Below, piece by piece: positions 6,966 through 13,410 of a stretch of DNA of 13,410 bases. Source of the stretch: Myxococcota bacterium. GTDB lineage: Bacteria > Myxococcota > JACRCW01. The DNA lies in contig JBFMGU010000285.1 of assembly GCA_040752415.1 (NCBI GenBank), positions 1 to 13,410 of the forward strand, in the 5' to 3' direction. Position 1 is the first letter of the stretch. Each line of letters begins with the position of its first letter. The notes under the pieces were generated by a model. That model was not told the origin of the DNA and made no database searches. It saw only the letters and a list, made by a program, of their open reading frames with translations. The position numbers were made by a program, and so were the translations under genes.

Positions 6966-9683
6966 TCACATGGCGCGGAGCAGGTCCAGGAACTGGCGAG
7001 CCTCCGTCGACGACGGATTCAGCCGCACCGCCTTCTCCGCCGCCGCCAGCGCCTCCTGGTGACTTCCCTGGTGTTCCAGCACCTCCGCGCGGAAGCGCCA
7101 CGCCGAGGCACAGTTGGGATCCAGGCGCAGCGCGAGCGCCAGGCGCTCCACCCACGGACCGGGGGCGCCGTTGGCGAGCATCCACTCCGCGTACGCCAGG
7201 TACGCCTGGTACTCCGCTTCATTGCCCATGAGCGACACGGCGGAGGTGAAGCACTGGTGCGCGCCATGGACGTCGGTGCGCTTGAGCGCGGCCTTGCCGT
7301 CCTCGAGGAGACGCTCGGCCTGCGCGCGTTGACGGGTGGCGTCGCCGGGACGGGCGGCCTGCCTGCGTTGCGCCAGCCGGGCGTCATACGCGGCGCGCTC
7401 CTGCGGGTTGGAGAGGATGCGCGCGGCCTCATCACGACGGGCGCGGATGATCTCCAGGTACGTCTTGGCGGGCCCCAGGTTCACGCCGTCCATGGACGGT
7501 GGTCCGAAACGCGCGGTGAGCGAGGCCAGTGCTTCCGCCACGCCGGCGGGTTGCACGTCGGGCGTCACGCCCAGCACGCCGTACGCGTCGCGTCCGCCGG
7601 TGCGGATCCATTCCGCGGCCACGGCCTCACGCGTCGACAAGTCCGAGAACAACAGGCCCGCGGGACGCCATTCTCCGCCGCTGCTGGTCAACGCCGCGGT
7701 GCGACGGACCAGGGGCGGCGTGGTGCCCTGCCTCCCCATGAAGATGGCCTGCGAGAGGATGAGCGAGAGCAGCTCCCGCACGCCGGTGGGCGAAACACCG
7801 CGACACCGCTGCAGCGCTTCGGGGACGGTGGGCTCGTCCATGAGTCGCGCGGGCAGGTCGCTGTTGGGACACAGACGCATGAACACCAGCACGCGCTCAT
7901 TGAAGGCGTTTCCGCGCAGCAGGTGCATGCCCGTGAAGCTGCCCAGGATGCGACCGGCGCTCTCCTCCGTGGTGAACTCCAGGCAGGCGCGCTGCACCGT
8001 CTCCACCGGGTCCAGTCGGACGGTGGTGGCCAGCATGGGATCGTCGTCCCACGGGATGAGCTCGTAGATGCCCTCTTCCGACGCCAACGCCGTGGCCGCC
8101 TGGCGCTTCACCTGGCGCTCCAGGGCCTCCACCACCAGCGAGTGACGGGCGCCCAGCACGCGCACCATGGCCTCACCGAACCGCAGCCCCTCCTCTTCCA
8201 TGGCGCGGTTCACCTGCGCGGCCTTCTCCTCGTCAATCACGCCGTCACGGACCAGCTGCGCGGACAGCGTCTCACTGCGCACCTGCGTGCTGACGGCGAC
8301 AATCAGTCCGTCAACGAACGCGAGCCGCCGCGTTCCCGAGGACTGCTTCATCTCCATGATGCCGCGCAGCCGGTGCTCGAAGATCTCGACGACCGCCGTC
8401 GTGAGCGAGAGCAGTGTGGCCTCTCCGGCGAGACGCGGCGTCTCCTTGGGACCCTGCACCGTGGGGGCGGAAGGGGCGGGTCTGGCGTCGGAGCCCCATG
8501 CCGCGGGGGCCTGCGCCACCGGCGTCAGCGAAGGTGACGACGACGTGCGCGAGACCGGCGGCAACTTCGGCGAGGAGATGCTCCGCCCCGGCTGGGTGAC
8601 GGGCATCCCGAACGTGGCCGGCGGCATGGCGGACGTGGAGGGCGCAATGGGCGCGGGCGTGGGTGGCACGTCGCCAAAGGCCGCGGGCGGCCCCACCGGC
8701 ACGGCGGAGAGCTGCGAAGAGCTGGGCGGGCGTGACGACGTTGCGGTGCCCGGCTCGGTGGGGGGAGGACTGAAGTCGAACGGGTTTCCCACCGGGCTCA
8801 GCGCGGGGGAGCTGGGTTGCCGAGCGGGCGCCGTGGGCGGAGGCGGCACGGCCTGCATGCGCGACGACGTGGTCCCTCGCACCGTGGCGGCCCCACCACC
8901 AACGGGCGTGACCGGATTGCCGAACGGCGGGGGCGTGGTGGGCACCGGCGCCAGCTTCCCCGACGACGAGGTCCGGCCCGACGTGGTGGGCACGGGCGCC
9001 ATGCGGGCCTGGGAGGGACTCTTCGCCGGAGACGCGGCAACGGGCTCCATGCGCGCCTGCGAGGGGCTCCCGGACGGCGGCGCCGCGACGGGGGGCATCC
9101 GCGCCTGGGAAGGATTCCTCGACGGGGGCGCGGCCACGGGGGCCATGCGCGCCTGGGAGGGGCTCCGGGGTTCCGTCACCGGCGCCAGCCGCGCCGACGA
9201 GGGCGACTGGGACGCGTGGGGTTTTCCGGCGGCGGCGGGCACCGCGGGCATGCGACCGCTGGACACGCGCCTCCGCCCCGACGTCAGCGCCACCAGCCGG
9301 TCCATGCTCTCCAGCATCTCGTTGAGGACCAGCGGCTTGCGGAACGCGCCCTCCACCTTCAAGCGCGCCACCAGCGCCTGCTCCTCCTGCGCCGAGGAGA
9401 GCGCACCGCTCATCACCACCAGCGGCGTGCGCCCGGCGGTGAGGTGGGAGCGGATGCGCGCAATGAGGCCGCGCCCGTCCAGCTTGGGCATCATCAGGTC
9501 CATGACCACGATGTGCGGCGGCTGCGTCACGAACTGCTGCCACGCCACCTCCCCGTCGTGCGCCAGCGTCACGTCGATCCCGCGCGCCTGGAAGTAGCGC
9601 GAGAGCAGCTGGGCAAGCTCCTTGTCGTCGTCCGCAATCAGGACGCGGTAACCGGTGGCGCCGGCGGAGGATGCTGGGGACAT
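6966..9683 (-). CDS. Multidomain response regulator: receiver, Pro/Ser-rich linker, DUF4388-like, degenerate DnaJ-like, TPR
   Basis: REC motifs VLIADDD, VVMDLMMPKLDG, VVMSG and RKP. About 280 aa low-complexity linker. GIMEMKQSSGTRRLAFVDGLIV is DUF4388/PatA-N-like. DAYGVLGV..ILSNPQERAAYD is J-like. C-terminal TPR-like helices (ALRLDPNCASAW, AEKAVRLNPSSTEA). Confidence 0.85.
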   Translation of the reverse strand: MSPASSAGATGYRVLIADDDKELAQLLSRYFQARGIDVTLAHDGEVAWQQFVTQPPHIVVMDLMMPKLDGRGLIARIRSHLTAGRTPLVVMSGALSSAQEEQALVARLKVEGAFRKPLVLNEMLESMDRLVALTSGRRRVSSGRMPAVPAAAGKPHASQSPSSARLAPVTEPRSPSQARMAPVAAPPSRNPSQARMPPVAAPPSGSPSQARMEPVAASPAKSPSQARMAPVPTTSGRTSSSGKLAPVPTTPPPFGNPVTPVGGGAATVRGTTSSRMQAVPPPPTAPARQPSSPALSPVGNPFDFSPPPTEPGTATSSRPPSSSQLSAVPVGPPAAFGDVPPTPAPIAPSTSAMPPATFGMPVTQPGRSISSPKLPPVSRTSSSPSLTPVAQAPAAWGSDARPAPSAPTVQGPKETPRLAGEATLLSLTTAVVEIFEHRLRGIMEMKQSSGTRRLAFVDGLIVAVSTQVRSETLSAQLVRDGVIDEEKAAQVNRAMEEEGLRFGEAMVRVLGARHSLVVEALERQVKRQAATALASEEGIYELIPWDDDPMLATTVRLDPVETVQRACLEFTTEESAGRILGSFTGMHLLRGNAFNERVLVFMRLCPNSDLPARLMDEPTVPEALQRCRGVSPTGVRELLSLILSQAIFMGRQGTTPPLVRRTAALTSSGGEWRPAGLLFSDLSTREAVAAEWIRTGGRDAYGVLGVTPDVQPAGVAEALASLTARFGPPSMDGVNLGPAKTYLEIIRARRDEAARILSNPQERAAYDARLAQRRQAARPGDATRQRAQAERLLEDGKAALKRTDVHGAHQCFTSAVSLMGNEAEYQAYLAYAEWMLANGAPGPWVERLALALRLDPNCASAWRFRAEVLEHQGSHQEALAAAEKAVRLNPSSTEARQFLDLLRAM
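8940..9210 (-). repeat. Imperfect intragenic tandem repeat, 48-nt (16 aa) period, core SPSQARMxPV
   Basis: Equivalent Met/Leu codons at 8952, 9000, 9048, 9096 and 9144 (48-nt spacing) and 9186 (42 nt). Confidence 0.85.
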
Positions 9684-9744
9684 GCGCCCGGAACGCTATC
9701 ACCTTCCGCTGGGAGGACCACGGCGAAAAATCGTTCCTGACGTC

Positions 9745-11250
9745 TCAGCTCTTGCCTCCGCGGAAGCTGGGAAGGCCGAACAGGGTGCGCTCGCTCCGGC
9801 CCTCGCCATAGCGGAAGGTGCTGCTGATGAAGACGTAGAACGTCCACTCGCTCGCCGCGAAGCGTTCAAACTGGACGCGCCCGTTGCCGGTGGCCAGTGC
9901 GTCGCGGTCCTTCACACCCACACGGTCCCCGACGCCAAACGCGGTCATGAATCCCAGTCGTGAGAGGCTGTGCTCGCTGAAGTATCCCAACGCGAACGTG
10001 GTCCCGACCATGGGGATGCGCGAGAGCCGACTGGTCCCCTGGACGAGAGTGTTGGTCCCCGGCTCCACCTTGAGCATGGGAGAGCTGGGCAGGTTGGTGA
10101 ACGCGCCCACGGACAGGGACAGGTCGCGGCCCAGCAGCTTCTCGAACCCGGTGGCGCCGTTCACCACCGGGCCGCGCTCCACGCGCGTGGCCAGCGGCAC
10201 GCGACTCTCCTCGATGGGCGTACCGTCGGCGGCGGTGCGCGGGATGAGCTCGTAATAGACCGGCAGGTAGCCGATGACGTCGGCCATGAAGGTCCAGTCC
10301 GCGCGCTCCACCCAGGCCAGCCCCGCGCGCACGGAGAACGGCGAGCGCGACCCGAGCGGACCGAGGTTGGCGCGCGGCCCCTCGTTGATCTCCACGGCGA
10401 GCGCCGAATACTCCGTGGTGCCCGGGTCCTGACCCGGCCGGGATTCCCGCAGCGTGAAGGACCCGTTGTGGTGGAGCTGCACGCTCTGGGTGGTGAAGGA
10501 CAGGCCCAGGCTGAGCTTGCGGTAGGGCACCAGCTTCACCCCGCCCACCGCGACGAGGGAGCCGCTCTGCAGCTTGAGGTCGCTCTGGCCGCTCACCACG
10601 CGGGCCTCCCCGGCGCGCTCCGCGGGACTGACGAACAGGTACTCATCCACCGCGTCGACGCTGCGGAGCACGTAGTGCAGCGCAAGGCCCAGGCGTGCCA
10701 CCTCGCTGAGACGGTACGCGTAGCCCACGCCGGCGTAGAGCGTGCGGTCATTGATGCGCCGCGAGCGACGGATGCCCGTGCTGGTGCGCCAGTTGCTGGT
10801 GGTGTCCTCCTGCTCCGACACCGACGTCAGCGAAGGGACCATGAGCCCGAAGCCGATGGCGTGACGGTGCGCTCCGTCGGGGAGCAGCTCACCCAGCCCC
10901 ATCACCGTGCCCGCCGACGACGGGATGATGTTGATGTCCGTGCTGGAGAGCTTGGGGAGCCCGGTCAGCGGCAGGCCGGTGAAGATGCCTCCCCCGCTGT
11001 GGCGCTCAAAGCCATAGAGGCTGGTGGAGACGCTGAGGTTGGCGCGTTTGACGTCGACAATGCCGGCGGGGTTGTAGACCAGTCCGGAGGCGTCGTCGCT
11101 GATGGCGGCAAAGGCGCCACCGGTGCCCGTTGCCCGCGCTCCCACGATGATGTTCTGGTACCTAGAGTCATCCGCCGCCACGGGTGGCGCCCAGCAGAAC
11201 GCCGCCAACGCCACGCCCAACGCCCAGGTGCCACGCCTGCGCAGCTCCAC
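9745..11250 (-). CDS. OmpP1/FadL-like outer-membrane beta-barrel protein
   Basis: Signal peptide ending PVAA-DDS, then YQNIIVGARATGTGGAFAAISDDASGLVYNPAG, the hatch motif of FadL/PorV-like barrels. Alternating amphipathic strands (TLYAGVGYAYRL, LSLGLSF, FYVFISSTFRY). Start placed at GTG 11250, 6 nt after GGAGG (track start 11352). Confidence 0.75.
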   Translation of the reverse strand: MELRRRGTWALGVALAAFCWAPPVAADDSRYQNIIVGARATGTGGAFAAISDDASGLVYNPAGIVDVKRANLSVSTSLYGFERHSGGGIFTGLPLTGLPKLSSTDINIIPSSAGTVMGLGELLPDGAHRHAIGFGLMVPSLTSVSEQEDTTSNWRTSTGIRRSRRINDRTLYAGVGYAYRLSEVARLGLALHYVLRSVDAVDEYLFVSPAERAGEARVVSGQSDLKLQSGSLVAVGGVKLVPYRKLSLGLSFTTQSVQLHHNGSFTLRESRPGQDPGTTEYSALAVEINEGPRANLGPLGSRSPFSVRAGLAWVERADWTFMADVIGYLPVYYELIPRTAADGTPIEESRVPLATRVERGPVVNGATGFEKLLGRDLSLSVGAFTNLPSSPMLKVEPGTNTLVQGTSRLSRIPMVGTTFALGYFSEHSLSRLGFMTAFGVGDRVGVKDRDALATGNGRVQFERFAASEWTFYVFISSTFRYGEGRSERTLFGLPSFRGGKS

Positions 11251-11469
11251 TTGGGGCCTCCATCCCGACGGAAAACGCCACCCTGCAGAAGCCGTGATCA
11301 CGGCCCCCCGCGACGTCGGCGATTCTTGCCCGAGGCATCCGGGCGCGCGCAAGCGTGCCCACGGTCAGGCCAGCGCAACCCGGCGGCGAAGAACGGGCCC
11401 GCCGCGCCAATCCAGGCTACTTTGGGAGGATGACGGCGCAGGATGCGCATGGTAGGAGCGCCACCCCTC

Positions 11470-13212
11470 ATGTGTGCGTGGAACAAGCGCTGGACGCGCG
11501 CGCTTAGCGTCCTGATGACGGTAGGCCTGGGTTGCCAAACCCACGAGTACAACGCCGAGGTCAGCCTGACATTCGGCAAGATCCCGCGCGGCGTCTCCGA
11601 CCCGTGCAGCGAACAGGGCGAGGACAGCTCCGTCTTCAAGAGCGAGCTGGACGCCGTGCGCCTGCGCGTGAGCGGTCCGGGGATGAAGACCATGGAGAAG
11701 ACCTTCTCCTCGGTCGACGAGATCATGATGGACAAGGTCCCCGCGGGACCCAACCGCAACGTGCTGGTCAGCGGCCTGAGCAACTCCGCCACGACGTGGC
11801 GCGGGCAGGTGCGCGGCCTCACCGTGGAGACGGGGAAGGTCACGGAGGCGGCGCTGCTGTTGACCAAGGTGGCGGACCTCACGTGCACGCGGACGTCCAT
11901 GCCGGAGGGTCGGGCCTTTGCCACGGCCACGCAGCTCAACGACGGGCGCATCCTCGTCACCGGCGGCATCAGCGCGGACTCCGCGGCCACGGACTGCGCG
12001 CAGGGCGCCGTGTGCCGGAGCCTGGTGGCCACCAACACCGCCGACGTGCTGGACCCCACCACGGGCGAGTTCACGCCGGTGGGCAACATGTCCTCGCCGC
12101 GCGCGTTCCACACCGCCGCCAAGCTCAAGGATGGACGCGTGGTGATCATCGGCGGCGCCTCGCTGGCCAAGGTGGACACCTCGCAGCCGCTGCCGCTGGT
12201 CATCTCCCCGAATGCGCCCATCAGCAGCATCGAGATCTTCAACCCGAGCACCAATGAGTTCGAGAACTACGGCAGCGACCCGGCGGGAGCGCGCACGTTT
12301 GCCGCGGGCATCACGCTCTCCGACGGGCGCGTGCTCTTCAGCGGCGGCGGTGAGCCCAACCTGTGGACCGACACGGGCAGCGGTTTGATCCTGAAGGGCC
12401 GCAACTCGTCGGTGATCTGCGACTCCGAGGGCTGCTTCGAGGGCCCCACGATGGCGATGCGGCGCTTTGGCCACGTCATGGCGCAGCTGGATGACGGCTC
12501 CGTGATGGTCTACGGCGGCTCCATCGAGACCGGGACGGTGCGCGGCAACGACGACAACGGCGTGGCCCGCGACGTGTCCCGCCAGGCGCCAGAGTTCTTC
12601 CAGGACGACCAGTTCTTCTTTGACGCCAACCGGCCCAGCTACATTGACGGCACGGGACGCGACAACAACCTGTTCTTCGGCTCCGCCATGCGTGTGAAGG
12701 GCTTTGGCCTGATGATCGTGGGCGGCATCCTGCGGGAGGACGACAGCGACCAGCCGAACTTCACGGAGCCGGACGAACAGGCCTGGTACGTCGAGGAGAG
12801 CGTGCGCTTTGTCTCGCCGGGAACGGACCCGGGCACGTGTGGAGACAAGAACGGCGTCCCGCGCGACGACTGCACCTTCAAGCTGGAGATCCCGCGCTTC
12901 ATGGCGCAGGCGGTGCCGCTGCAGGACGGAAGAAGGTGGGTGGTGGGCGGTGGGTTCTCTTCTCGCTCGGGGTTCCAACCCAGCGGCGCGCTGGAGTTCT
13001 TCCCCACCAGCAAGGGTGACGTCGTGTTTGAGCAGCTGACCGTGGGCGGCGTGGGACGGACCATGCGACAGCCCCGCGGCGGCGTGACCGGCGTGCCCAT
13101 GGTGGCGGGAACGGCGCTGTTCGTCGGGGGGAGCACCACCACGGACACGGGCAGCCGCGTGTCCCTGAGCACCGCCGAGATCTTCACCGACTCCAAGGAG
13201 CCCGCGCCATGA
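11470..13212 (+). CDS. Kelch-repeat (galactose-oxidase-like beta-propeller) lipoprotein
   Basis: Lipobox-like VGLG-C (Cys codon 11533). Seven repeats of R-x(2-3)..L-x-DG-x-hhh-GG (RAFATATQLNDGRILVTGG, RAFHTAAKLKDGRVVIIGG, RFGHVMAQLDDGSVMVYGG and others), with terminal TAEIF. AGGAG upstream; the start could alternatively be 11443/11449. Confidence 0.85.
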   Translation: MCAWNKRWTRALSVLMTVGLGCQTHEYNAEVSLTFGKIPRGVSDPCSEQGEDSSVFKSELDAVRLRVSGPGMKTMEKTFSSVDEIMMDKVPAGPNRNVLVSGLSNSATTWRGQVRGLTVETGKVTEAALLLTKVADLTCTRTSMPEGRAFATATQLNDGRILVTGGISADSAATDCAQGAVCRSLVATNTADVLDPTTGEFTPVGNMSSPRAFHTAAKLKDGRVVIIGGASLAKVDTSQPLPLVISPNAPISSIEIFNPSTNEFENYGSDPAGARTFAAGITLSDGRVLFSGGGEPNLWTDTGSGLILKGRNSSVICDSEGCFEGPTMAMRRFGHVMAQLDDGSVMVYGGSIETGTVRGNDDNGVARDVSRQAPEFFQDDQFFFDANRPSYIDGTGRDNNLFFGSAMRVKGFGLMIVGGILREDDSDQPNFTEPDEQAWYVEESVRFVSPGTDPGTCGDKNGVPRDDCTFKLEIPRFMAQAVPLQDGRRWVVGGGFSSRSGFQPSGALEFFPTSKGDVVFEQLTVGGVGRTMRQPRGGVTGVPMVAGTALFVGGSTTTDTGSRVSLSTAEIFTDSKEPAP

Positions 13213-13410
13213 GCTTGCTGCAGAAACTCCGCGCGCCCAGCCTCCCTGGGGCGATCCTGGTTGGTCTGTTGTGCGGCCTGATGGGCACGGTGAGCATGCC
13301 GCGCTCCGTGTACGCACAGGAGGACGAGCTGCCCGACGGAGACGCGGACCTGCCGGAAGGCGACGAGGATACGCCCGCGCCCAAGCCGGCCCCGAAAGCC
13401 AAGCCTGCTC
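13209..13410 (+). CDS. Exported protein, N-terminal fragment (runs off window)
   Basis: ATGA overlap with the Kelch gene stop and AAGGAG at 13195-13200. Translates MSLLQKLRAPSLPGAILVGLLCGLMGTVSMPRSVYA-QEDELPDGDADLPEGDEDTPAPKPAPKAKPA: a signal peptide, then an acidic and Pro/Lys linker. Not in the ORF track. Confidence 0.8.
   Translation, partial: MSLLQKLRAPSLPGAILVGLLCGLMGTVSMPRSVYAQEDELPDGDADLPEGDEDTPAPKPAPKAKPA

Noticed and set aside
8940..9210. 48-nt periodic repeat as a possible CRISPR array
   Set aside because: Units are degenerate at synonymous positions, in frame within a CDS, lack unique spacers of CRISPR type, and no cas genes are present.
12931..12963. Tandem AGA-AGG and TCT-TCT codons as a possible recoding or frameshift site
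   Set aside because: The frame stays open and the Kelch repeat continues in register on both sides.
11470..13212. Calling the Kelch protein a galactose/glyoxal oxidase
   Set aside because: Only the propeller repeats are evident. I could not identify the copper-radical ligand set or the C-terminal domain that supplies a His ligand.
6957..13317. Long opposite-strand or alternate-frame ORFs (6957..8537, 8167..9597, 8311..9702, 9970..11433, 11365..13317; likewise 2822..3844 and 4001..4891)
   Set aside because: Expected from stop-codon scarcity in high-GC DNA. They overlap well-supported genes and show no recognisable domains.

Overview
High-GC, gene-dense chromosomal window that looks myxobacterial (Myxococcota-like; inferred from a Pkn-type Ser/Thr kinase, a MYXO-CTERM-like tail and a REC-DUF4388-DnaJ-TPR protein). 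I find 11 CDSs. On the minus strand: a Ser/Thr kinase truncated by the left edge (TTG start, missing from the ORF track) and a secreted hypothetical protein. On the plus strand: an M36/M4-like zinc metallopeptidase with a C-terminal sorting tail, then a VanX/DdpX-type D-Ala-D-Ala peptidase. Next comes a minus-strand run: an OmpP1/FadL-like beta-barrel, a multidomain response regulator, a DUF3109-like Cys-cluster protein, cutA and an 8-Cys small protein. A divergent plus-strand pair closes the window: a 7-blade Kelch lipoprotein and a truncated exported protein. Two sigma70-like promoters are visible. I saw no RNA genes, CRISPR arrays, mobile elements or defence systems. I cannot support a claim of a wholly new system. 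The best leads are the response regulator with an HPD-less J-like domain and a 48-nt periodic Ser-rich linker, the Cys-rich/CutA cluster, and the surface protease plus exported D,D-peptidase pair. All family calls come from motif recognition by eye; no searches were run.
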